Assembly (NCBI GenBank): GCA_973895155.1
Contig: OZ316893.1
Location: forward strand, 11,608,259 to 11,672,258
DNA length: 64,000 nucleotides
Origin: Marsupella aquatica
Lineage: Eukaryota > Plantae > Marchantiophyta
Direction of reading: 5' to 3'
Part shown: piece after piece, positions 12,851-24,081 of the stretch
Layout of the letters: each line of letters begins with the position of its first letter
Numbering within the stretch: the stretch's first letter is position 1
The notes under the pieces: model-generated
What the model saw: the letters and a program-made list of their open reading frames with translations, nothing else
The model's database searches: none
Told to the model about the DNA's origin: nothing
Program-made: the position numbers and the translations under genes

Positions 12851-15149
12851 ACATTTCAATTTAGGGGTCCATGAAATATATACAGCCCTTTGAACTTGCA
12901 GTTAAACAGGGAGATGTCACACTGTGTGCGGGCACTGGGATTTGTTTCGAGAGGGCAGGCTTTGGGGGGCATTTTTTCCTCATTTTCAACAAGTTTATGC
13001 TCGGATGAACTCCAATAAAAGGTTAAAAAAAACTTTTGACACCCAAAAGAGAACATTAGAGCATCTCCAAGAGTGTACTTTATTTCCTTAATAGGGGTCT
13101 CAATTATTTTTTCACAAGATTATGTAAAATTTTGTTAGTTTTTTTCTTTCACCAGCCTCTACAGTGACTAATGGTAATGGCATACGATCAATCCTTATGG
13201 CAAAAAGTTATTCACTTTCAATTTCGTGGTCTTTAACTTTTTATGTCCTTAACCGGTAAGGTCCATCAAATTGTCAGCTTTGAGATGCCCTAATGCATTA
13301 AACATGGTAGATTAAGGATGATCACTTTTTAAGTACTTTGCCACTAAAGATGTTCTAATTGACAATATTGTCACGGTTTAGTATATGGATGACAAGTTCC
13401 CCAAGGTAACCAGGGGAGCTATACAAGGAAACCATGACATTTTTGTAAATACAACAAAACCATGGCAATATTTGTAAATTCAAACATCTTTAGTTACAAT
13501 GTATTTAAAAGCCGTAAGGATGATAATTATGGCAAAATTAGAGCAAAGATGATATGCCAAAATACTGGGTTGGTCTAGTGTAAGACTTGTTGACCACCCA
13601 GTAAGGTTGAGCTAAAAAGGCAACCCCAATGGATTAGTGGAACGTGATTCAGTCAAGAGCTTACTGGGTTTTTGGTTACTGAAATTAAAAATTTGAGCCA
13701 GTGTATTGAGTATCCACTGAGCACATGATTCATTCCTGGGCTATCCACAAATTGTATCCAAGGGTGCCTATGTGAGGAGGTAAGAACACACTAACCATTG
13801 GGCTCGCACCATTGAAGATGCTCTTATACAAAGAAAATATGTATAGACCTGTTACCTGAGCGAAAAGCATTGTGAAGGGTCCCGAGGGGATTATATGAGG
13901 TAATTTTGAGGGCAATGGGCACAAGGGGTTTGCATTCATGCCCCTCAAGTGGCCATGGATTAACAAATATAAGCCCTGAGTGTAATTTTACTCTATTTAT
14001 GACCTGAATTTTGCAGCTGAAATTGGAATACACTCCAGGTGGGCTAAAAAGGGGGCCAAAATCTCCTAACCCCCAGGCCAGGCTGAAGGAGAGTAATGGA
14101 TCATAGCCATCCATAGAAATAAAAAGGAAAAAGTACAAGAGAGCTAAATGCAGGATTTATGAAGGGATTCAGGGATAAAATGAGGGTGTTAATCACAATT
14201 CCATAACCAGACCTTCAATTTAATTAAAAACTTGATTAAGTATTAGATAGAAACCAGAAACAATCCCTGAAATTAGGTCATGCAACAATGTGAATAAATA
14301 AGAAGTTAAAATGCCAGGATCTTAGGCTATGCAAAGATTACCTGGCCTGTTGTGGTATTTCATTTTGTTTTACATAATATAACTTTTGTACATTGAGTTA
14401 TATATGTCTAGATTGATGTGTGATTGCATAATTTATTCCTGATAGCTCAAAATGAGACCAGGATAGACCTCTAGGTTTGTCAAAATGCTCCCATGGATTT
14501 TTGGATTTTTGCAACTCAGATTAACTGCATTGTACTCACAATGTGACAAGGAATATTCTCAATTGGTTCATCCCAATTGTATGGTTTTGGTCTACTGTCC
14601 ATGGGAGCATCATTTTCCCTGAAAGCAAGGACTGTATTGTGTGTAAAAAAATGCACTCAAAAATACAAAACCAAAACTATAGTAGCTACAGTCTACAAAG
14701 ATGTCCATGCAAGGAGTATATTGTGTATAAAATAAATGCCGTCAAAAATACAAAGCGAAAAGTAGCTAAAGTCTACGAAGATGTCCATGCAAGTTATAAT
14801 GATCTCTGTTGGTCCATGGGGCTTACTTTCCAACTTTACAAGAACCTGGGACCTTTATATTATTATTTTAAATGGGGGTCTTCCAAGCCACTCGAACGGC
14901 GTGCGCCAAGGTTTGTTTCCCCTTAAACCGCCACTGTCCGTATAAATACCGCTACTGCCAAGAGCCGGTCAGCTCATTCTTCCAGACCTGCCCAGCCAAG
15001 GCTCTACTGTACGTCCCTGCCAGAACCCGTTAGTCCCAGCCAGGCTCCGCAATAGTAGCTGGGTCAGTGGTCCAAATAGTGCTTTGGGACTTCTCCGAGT
15101 CTTTCTGTTCGCGTGAATGCTGAAGCCATGGTTCGTGAGTGTGCTGGTC

Positions 15150-16283
15150 TTGAAAAAACACAGGAGAACGACATTGAGGCTCGTGAGTGTGCATACTCTC
15201 TTCTTGTTCAAAGAACTTTATGGCCTCACTATGCAGCTGAAACGAAGTAACTTTTGTTCTCCCCTGTTTAGATCGTCTGCTCTTGGGCTGATTTCATTTC
15301 TGCGTCCCCTCAATCCAATACTTACCTTGTCCTCTCGATATTGCAGCAATGTATATATAATTGTGAGCGGGGGCAGTTACCTAGCCCAGGAGAGGGGGAG
15401 GGATGGGACATTGTCCATCGCTTGTTCAAATTGTCCCAGAACAGAGCTTGATCGCAGAGGTGTTTATAGCCATATAGCCAGCAATTGTTACTGTTATGTT
15501 CAGGTTTACACTTGTTATGACATCGACCACAAATTTGTCCAGCAAAATACATTCTCAATAGCACGAAGGCGAAAAGGTTACATTGTTTTTTTGTCTCCCT
15601 ACTCTGCTGTGATCGAGCATGTGTACAGATACCTGGAAAAGCAAACTCAAGTCTCCCCGTTTTGATTCACAGTAATAAATATATGAACAAGAGCAATGGC
15701 TCATGCCAATAGCCGTATAACCGGAAGATGAAGGATGAACTCTGCCTGTGGAGTGTTGCCTAAAGCTCTCCACAATTATCCAAACTCGAGCGACCAAAAA
15801 TGAGCTCTCCTAAACTCAGTTCTGTCCAATTCTCTTCCTCCATGTCGAACGCAATCAAAAACATAGGGGACGTGAAGGCCATCATATACAGAGCGACATT
15901 GAAATAAACAACTTTACTAAGACCCAGGTGTCTCCAAGAACAAGACCCATTTGTCTCCAAAAACACGACACGGAATCAAAGATTTGCACCCAGAACTGAT
16001 TTGCACCCAGAACATGGCACTTGTCATGATCATCGCGAGAAAAAACCGGGCCCAAGATCTCCCAAGTCTTGGCCCTCTCGCTCACCAATTTCTGGAACTC
16101 TCCGGCGCCCGGTGTCTCCTTGCGCCCACCTTCACAAAATTCCGTAGGAGAGAATCTGGCCAACCATGCTTTTGATAACATCTTAGCCTTGAAAATTGAA
16201 GGGAAAGGCATCATCGCTATAATGATTTCTACGATATGCTCGGGTAGCTGTCTCATAGACTGTCCACCCTCCATCTCCTCCAC
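15150..16283 (-). pseudogene. F-box protein gene, frameshifted
   Basis: N-terminal F-box LPEHIVEIIIAMMPFPSIFKAKMLSKAW. The downstream beta-rich segment (VYFNVALYMM..LIAFDMEEENWTEL) continues in other frames. The 3' limit is approximate. Confidence 0.75.
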
Positions 16284-17046
16284 AATGCACAGACAAATGG
16301 CTCAATGCAGCTGCAGCCCCCGTCGTTGATCCAATGTTTCTGTCAAATTGAGTGAAACCTTAAATTACTCCACAAGAGTTGGCGGTATTGGCAATCAAAA
16401 TGATGGAGGTAGGATGATATATGGGAGAGAACTTACTTCCGACAAAGATGACCTCCGGAGATGCACGACATGGGATTTGCAGGATCTCTGCTCCGTAGTA
16501 CATTCGTCATCCTGCATCGCTCGTCACTGGATCACGAGGCACCAACGCAAGATGCTCACACCTCGATCCGGAGATCTCTCCCCAAAATTGACATGAGTTC
16601 TAAGAAACAAACACTTTCATGAGGGGAAAAAAGTTGCAGTCAATAATTTCTCGCTTTACTTCGGAGAAAGAGAGAGACGAAGGTTGGGAGAGACACTGTT
16701 GACTGGTTCGTTCTCTTGTACAGATAGCACGTAGTTGTAAAAATCAAGTGCCATGAACTTGCACAATCAATCAATCCATGCACCATTGCTACCACCCGCC
16801 ATCGCCAAAGCTTACTAGTCACTTGGATAGTGAACATCCATCTAATCGCCACCTGAGAATGTGAATGCTAGAACCCAATGCTTGGACCTCCTTCCAGGGC
16901 TCCATGCGCTTCTGTATCTTTTGAGACATAAATGGCAAAAGGGGACAAGCAAAGCACAATTAGAGCGATTTTATGGCTTGGTCTAATATAAGCTGCGATT
17001 GCACAAGCGAGCTGTCACACTCTCCAGTCTCTACTGCCAGATTGCA

Positions 17047-17150
17047 CTTGATTTACGTATCTGCTAAGTAGAAGATATGATAGCTTAGGAGGGTTGCGCT
17101 TGATTTACGTATCTGCTAAGCAAAAGATATGATAGCTTAGGAGGGCTGCG
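17047..17150. repeat. 52-bp tandem duplication
   Basis: cttgatttacgtatctgctaagyaraagatatgatagcttaggagggytgcg x2. Confidence 0.9.
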
Positions 17151-17852
17151 ACATTGTCCTTCATTAATTTTGAACATTCATCTCAAACCACATGATGTTA
17201 GTGAGCACAATAGCCGGCTGAATCTTTGATTCATACTCAACATCCTACCTCTGCGATAGGGGAAAACAATCGGCTTCACAGAACCAAACATTCCTAACCT
17301 TCTCTATCCATCTTGTTACCATTTCCACAATGTTTGTGACGATCGCGATTCGGAGATGCTTCTCCTTCCTTGGCCATGCACTTCAACTTAGTCGTAGATG
17401 AGCAGGGAAGTCCCAAGTGCAATGATCATTTTACACATAATGACTCGGTAGGGTCAACATGGTTTACACTAAACGGGAGTCGGCTAGGTCTATCGTGCAT
17501 TTCTAGGTTTACACATAACGTACAGGGTCAGGGCGAGATGGCATGGTTTACACACAATGTAGACAGTAGTGGCAAGATATGTCATTGATGTCACAACTGA
17601 GAACGATGATGGGCATTGTGACGGGGTTCCCGTCACCAAAAACCCTCAATAATTGTTTACTGGGTTGTGCCACGTAAATAGCCACTGTAAATAAGCCATT
17701 TTTTAAAAAAAAATTGAGTTAATTCCATCCTTTCAAGTTGGTGCTGCTAGGAGGACTTTACTTTATTTTATTTTCTTCTCAGAATTGTTCTAAACGGCCA
17801 CGACAACCTAGAGGGGGGCAAATAGGTGGCCTTGCCATTTCGCTTGAACCAT

Positions 17853-20800
17853 TGTCAAGTTCCCCCTATAAGTCCAAGAGGTTAACTTTTCTTTTTGGGG
17901 TTAAATGGGTATAACCACAACAAGGGCCAAAAAAAGAGAATGAGTTCTTTTGAGAGGTTAAAAGTTTTTTGGAGTAAAGGGGCATTGAGGAAAGGGAGTG
18001 AAGAAGTCCATAAGGGGCAGCCCCGGTGGGCGCCACCTGGCATCTCCATAAGGGCAGTCGGGGCGCATGGCAGGCCCTCTTAAGAGGAGCCCTGCGAGTG
18101 AGGGGGGGAGGCCGCGAGCCCTGCATAGGGCCGCATGCAGGAGACGGAGGAAGGGGGATTTAAAATTCCCCGGCTATGGGGCGTGAGTGTGCAGCCGGGG
18201 CGAGCCAAAGCGAGCCAAGGTAGGGCAGCCGAAGAAGGGAGGAAGGAGTCGGGGGGAGTATTAACTCTCCCGTGTGTGGCAAAAGAGGGGGGATTTAATT
18301 CCCCATACCAGGGGGAGCGCTACGGGAGGCGTACCGAGCTGTGCCCCAAAAAGTGGGGCCAGTAAAGGTGGGGGGGTATTAAACCCTCCCGCGAGCCAAC
18401 AGGAAGGCGCAGGGCTGCCGGTACGCGAGGCGCTGCATAGGGCAGCGTGTGGCAAAAGAGGGGGGGAATTAAATCTTCCGGCCTCGGAGGTAACAGGGCG
18501 CAGTGCGAGCCCTGCATAGGGCCACGTGCTGCCGGGTGGCTCCCGCGAGTTGGTGGGAGGAGGGCGTAGAGAGGTGAGCCAGGGTACCAGGGCAGCCGGG
18601 GCGCGAAGTGAGCCGGGGCGCATGGCGAAAAGAAGCCATGGGGTTTCCTTTTTTTCTCCCTATTTTCTCACTTTCTCTCTTTTGCAAGACAACTCATTGG
18701 CGAAAGCAAAAACTCGGGCTCTCTCTCAACTCTTGCCAAAAGCTCTCTCCACGTTTTGCAACTATTTTAGAAGCTCTTTCTCATGGTCAATTGTTGGGGC
18801 TTGGTGGCGTGATTCTTCCGGGCATTAGCGGCAGCAGCATTGAGTGGCTTCTGAGGGAATTGAGGGTAATTGATTGATCGGGATACGGGGGCCGTTTTGG
18901 GCCAGGGAATTGATATTTCTACGGGTGACGGGATTTGGTGATTGAGGATTTGATTTCTGGATGCATGGATGCTGGATCAACCAGAGTTTAGTGCGGCACG
19001 CGTTCGGAGATACAAGGTTGCTTACCGTGACTACGTTGAGACATTGATTGCAAGAGAGAGAGAAGAGAGAGAAACTATGATGAGTACTGGACTGGCGGCA
19101 AGTTCCGCACCGGTGAGTAGGAAGGTTTTCTGTCAAATTTATCCCAAAACCTCCGCCAAGGTGATGGAGGATTGTAGGAATATTTTTCAAGCCACCGGGC
19201 TCACGGAGTTCATGAAGGTGGAGATTACAATCCCTTCGGGGAAGAGTTGGAACATTGAGGCCGGGATGGAGGTACGTACGGAAGGAATCTACTTTGAATG
19301 TCTCCAACGGGTAGTGCCCCATGTGGAGTTAGCTAAGCTCCTGTTTCTGGAGAACCAACAATTCTCATTCACACCCCGGAACATAAGGGGAGAGCTCACG
19401 TTGACAATGGTGGCCGGTTGGGTGATTAATCCCACCTCCACTACTTCCATTCCTCTTTCTGCCGTTAAGGATGCTGAGCACAAGGGATTTCTGGCCAAGG
19501 TTCATCAACGGGTCCTTGGTAACGTGCAATCCGGGGTGGTGAATGGAGAGCATTTCGTGGTAGCTATGGACATCAAAAACTATCTAGCCCATGTGTACAG
19601 ATGGTGGTACTATGGGTTGAAGAAGCTATTGGACACCGATCCCGAGAGTGTGAAACCAGGTGGGGCTGTACACTTGATGGGGTCATTTTTGCTGGCCAGA
19701 GCAGAAGGGTGGATTGTTTCCCCGGGACTGGAAGACTCTAGATCATCCCTTACCACGGAAATCAGGAGTATTGCCACTACCATCGTGGGGAAACTAACGG
19801 AGGGATCATCGTCGGCGGTTGGGGATGATAATAGAGAGGAAGAAAACCAAGATGAGGACTCCAATGACTCCACATTGGAGTGGCTTGAATCACTTGTGGG
19901 AGATCCGGAGGAGCCACTGGTCTACGACATTCCTGATATCTACCTGGCAGAGTTACGGGAATTCCGGGAGGGAGTCCATGAGGGACTCAAGCTAGTCCAC
20001 GCATTGAGAGATTCTCTCAAGCAGGCCACCGCCAGAGTAGAGACTTTGAAGCATAGTGCCCTGTCTATGAAGGAGGTGATCAAGGCCAAGGAGGAGGCCA
20101 TTCATGAGAAGGTTAAACTTCTCCAAGCAGCTCACGTAGAGATCTCCAACTTGAAGGGAGCCTTGTCCACCAAGGCCAAGGAAGCGGAAGAGGTTGGAGT
20201 ATGGAAACAGGCATTGGCCAAAGAGAAGCAGAATTCTGGAGAAGTGGTGGAGTTAAGAGCCCAGGTGGGAGCACTACGGAGTCAAATGGTGATCTTTGAG
20301 ACAAGGGCTAAGAGGAGTGAGGCCTTGAGTCTGGGGAAATGGAAGAACCCCTACACACCTAGCTCCACACTTTCCCCGGATTGGTCTCCAGGGCCATTGA
20401 GATGGTGGTGAAGGAAGTCAGTGGGAAGTATGGACCCCTATTGGATGCAGCCAAGAAGAGTCAAGAGAAGAGCAAGAGCTTAGAGAAGAAGCTCAGGGAG
20501 GTACGTAAATCGTTACGAGAAGCTCAAGTCAACACGGGGACCCTAGGGATGCCACCCCGATCTGTCACCCCTGGGACTCCCATGGCCACCGGGCACGTTT
20601 TACCGTTGGAGTTGCGGTCCGGTGAAGAGGCGGCCTTATGGAAGGACACCATTGGTGAGGGGTATATTAAGGCGTGGCAAGCCTTGGCCAATTTGAGGAA
20701 GCAGGGGAGCACTAGCACAAGGAGTACCCCGGTGAAAAAGAAGAGGAGTGAAGTGGCACTCACTCTAGTGGAGAGTGATGAGGAAGCCCACTCACGGGGC

Positions 20801-21761
20801 TCAAGCCAGGGCACCGTGAGTGAAAAGGAGGAGGATTAGAGTGGTCGTACGGACGTGGTTGTACGGCCCCTTGACTTTCCAACTTTTTTGTGAGGGGTCA
20901 CTCACGGGCTTTTTGGAAAGAGCTCGCTGAGCTGATTCCAACAAGAGGCGGCGCTCCTCAAACGGAGCCAGGATGAGCAAGTTAGGGCCCGACGAAGTTG
21001 GGTTTACGGGATACTGAAACGACCATAACTTGGTCGTCCAATGTCCGTTTCAAGAGCGGTTGAGTGCTTCATGATCAAGAGGAGGAGGGCTATCCAGGGG
21101 TGAACTCAGAAGTGCAAGTGGAAGGGCGCCTAGTTTCAGCCATTGTGGGGTTCCTTGCAATTTCACGGTTCACGGAGTAACGTTGGGGCACCGTCGAAGG
21201 CACCGTTGGCCCCATTGTTAGTTTAGGGTTTAGGGTTTTAGAAGCATGTGTGTGCCGCATGGTTTTAGTTTAGGGGTTTCTTAGTAAAGGGTTTAGCGGC
21301 ACCGCTAGGATAAGCCGCCATCGTTGTGGACCAATGAGGGGTGCTTTGGTGTGTTTTTTTGGTATTTAGGGGGAGGGCCCCGGAGTAGTTGCGGGGGGGG
21401 GAACTCAGTCTAGTATTTGCTTAGGGAAGTTAGCTCATAGCCAGAAGAGGGAATCAAGCCAGAGTAGTGAGGTAGAGGTGTAGCACTTGCCCCAGTGAGG
21501 CAGTAGTTGGGCAGACGGCAGGAGGCCGGGTTGTCCTTGCAATGTGTTACGATGTTTTGCCAAAAGATATGGATTTGGTTTGATTCTTCAAGTTTTGGTG
21601 TGGCGTTATTTTTTCTGGTTCAAGATTGTGCTCTTTCCCCAAGAAGTGTCTAAGGAATCCTTGCACGGTTTGGTCAACCCTGTGAGTAGGAGGAGTGGTG
21701 ACAACACTCCACCAACGACCAGTAGGAGTGTGTGTGTGGCGTAGTCCATGGGACTTGATCA
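17853..21761 (+). mobile_element. LTR-retroelement-derived GC-rich unit (solo-LTR-like) carrying a long accessory ORF
   Basis: Abrupt GC-rich block starting TGTCAAGT and ending CCATGGGACTTGATCA, with internal short repeats and an LTR-like tail containing GACCATAACTT and TTTAGGG motifs. No gag/pol. No TSD found, so the boundaries are tentative. Confidence 0.55.
18969..20839 (+). pseudogene. Retroelement accessory protein (PMD-like N-terminal part, acidic linker, coiled coil); one frameshift near 20380
   Basis: ORFs 18969-20411 and 20381-20839 overlap in different frames. Motifs TGLTEFMKV and FSFTPRNI resemble SGLEAFVRL and FYLTPKVI in the 32.3-35.8 kb ORF. Confidence 0.6.
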
Positions 21762-22561
21762 AAAGCAGAGCGGCTAGTCGATAGACTTGATCAAAAATTA
21801 CATTTCCGGAGCGGAAATAAACATACTCATCCTACATGCAATAGAATCCTAATAGCGTCCATCCACATTCTCGTCATACGATAACAAACGATTTTAGTAG
21901 GAATAAATACGTATTTTCCATGTAAATCGTTTGATAAGCAGGTGACAGGCATGGAAGGGAAGTAGCCTCGACTCTTCCTAGAAGGTGATAGTCTCACAAA
22001 AGTGTCTTTAGAACACTAGTGTGGGTGAAATGCAGACTCGGTGAGGGAGACCGACCACTTTTTGTTGGTGACTTTCCGTCTGGCAAGGCATTTGCATTTG
22101 TTGCAAGGGAAGGTATGAACCTACTAACTAAACTCTTGCATCTTTTTCCATAAGTGCATTCTTGTGAGCATGGTACTAGACAAATAATATAAGGACTTCT
22201 AATTTGCAAAATGTTGTTGTTGTCTTGTTTTGCTTGCCAGAGTAGTAGGAGAAATGGTCCATCAACCACATAGGATTGATTATCACCGAGTTGGGGGAAA
22301 TGTTGCACTTAGGCTTCCTGGAAGTCATATACGTACATACCATGACTTACAAGGTGCCCTCAAAATGTCCCATGGGAAGGTGGTGGCTTGGCTGATGGAT
22401 GGTATGTCCATGCAAATCTCTGCTGCTATTAGCGCTCATCATAGACAGGATGAAGAGGAAGTAATAGCACTTGAGGGTCCTAATGATTTTGGATGGATAA
22501 ATAATGAACACCTTGCTAATGAAGAGGACTTGAGAACATTTGGGATCATCGCCGAGGTACT

Positions 22562-22928
22562 TGTTGGGTATTTACTCTTACGTCTAGGTTAGGTATGACG
22601 TGGTTGGTACAACAACGTGGTTATGTACAACTATGTGGTTAGGTACAACTACGTGGTTAGGTACAACTAAGTTGCACACTATATCATAAGAGGCATGTGT
22701 GCTTGGAGAGGTAGAACCAAGGCTCATTGTTATGGAGCCACTTGAGAGATAGGGAGAGCTTACACTGTGGAGACTCGGTATAGCCGACGGGCTTAGAGTT
22801 CAGTAAAGCTCTCTTGTGTGTTCCCGTGGACGTAGCCTCAAGGAGGTAAACCACGTATCTCTTGTGTCGACTATTGTGCGTTGGATGGTTCATGGGCTTG
22901 CTGTTGCGATCGTCGTCTATGCTCAACA
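22562..22928 (+). repeat. Copia 5' LTR (367 bp)
   Basis: TGTTGGG...CTCAACA; direct repeat of 28587-28935. Confidence 0.96.
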
Positions 22929-22930
22929 AT

Positions 22931-22942
22931 TGGTATCAGAGC
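22931..22942 (+). promoter_or_regulatory. Primer binding site (initiator Met tRNA)
   Basis: TGGTATCAGAGC, 2 nt after the 5' LTR. Confidence 0.93.
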
Positions 22943-24081
22943 ATGCTTGGGAGGTGACGTGTGTTCGTGACAGGATTTCATGACGGTTTTTCCAGCGTTG
23001 AGTGTCGGTGGGTTTCCCAGAGTTCCGTCGCATGGAACTTGGAGTTTATTGGCTCAACGGATAGATCAGGGCAAGAGCTTTCTAACGGTGTGAAGAAATC
23101 GCTGAACGGAGCTCGTGGTGCAGAGAGATCTAAGTTTTCGTTGTTCTGGATTTTGTGAAGAAAGTTGGCAATCGACTCGGAGGGAGAAGCGTCAAGTGTT
23201 TTGACTCAACGGAGAGATTGAGGCAAGACGATTGTTTTGAGTCCGGGATTGGCTCTTTGATGCAAAGAGGAAGGCTAAGCAAAATCAATTACCTTGTTGG
23301 ACTTGGTGACGGCACCAAGTGCAATTGATCAACATTCGTTGTTGACAAGGTACCATTTTTTTCTCTTTGAAAAACTGATTCGAAATTGGCTATGGCAATT
23401 GAAAGAAATCTGTCATCTTTCCCATTTTTTTTCTCCCTCGTTCTTTCCTCGTTTTGGGTGCTTCTTATATCGATCTTCACCGCCTCGGAGTCTAGTTTCC
23501 AAATCTGAAATCAGTTCTTGATTTCGTCAAAACTCGAGTGAGATATCTTGCGTTTGGTGTCGAGGGGTACATTCTGCCGTGTGTATTTTCTGCGGGCGCG
23601 ACCAGATTTCGACGACGAAGGATGGTAGGGGGTTTTGGGGGTTCGAGGACACGTGTCAGCCCCTCGATTGTTCTTCCAAAATTCTCACAGGGCCTGTACA
23701 AGGGTCATAGAATATTCCAAAAAACCAGAGAGCTATTTTTTGACCGTCCGACAAAGATTTCATCCGCCGAACGGTAACTTTTTTGGTTATTTTTCGGCGA
23801 GGTCGTAGCCATTGAAGTTGGCAACGCGGCGCACCAATCACATCGCAATTCCGACAACGGGTTGTACTTGGTATTTTGGTTATTCCCTGAGGTGGTCAAA
23901 ACGGGGGAGTTTCCCAAGGTTTTACCCACCTCGATCGAAATTTGAATAACTTTTCCGTCAAATTTCAATTTTGATTTCGGTTTTCAGTATTGGACTCCTA
24001 GCTTTGTGGGCTACGCGGCGGTGTTGAGTTTCGAGTTTTTTGAGAAGTTGTGAAAAACAACATTTTTTGTGATTTTCTCAT

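Noticed and set aside
14919-14937. hAT-like terminus (CAGTGGCGG on the minus strand)
   Set aside because: No matching opposite end found in the window.
21220-21295. Interstitial telomere
   Set aside because: Only a few scattered TTTAGGG units within a retroelement-like tail.
21755-21800. Left TIR of the Kolobok-like element pairing with 38973-38987
   Set aside because: Only about 10/15 identity (aagcagagcggctag versus aggccgagtaactag) and no clean TTAA TSD. The termini are left unresolved.
22684-22929. Antisense ORFs in the copia LTRs (also 28691-28951)
   Set aside because: They are duplicated only because the LTRs are duplicated, start at non-ATG codons, and show no recognisable domain.
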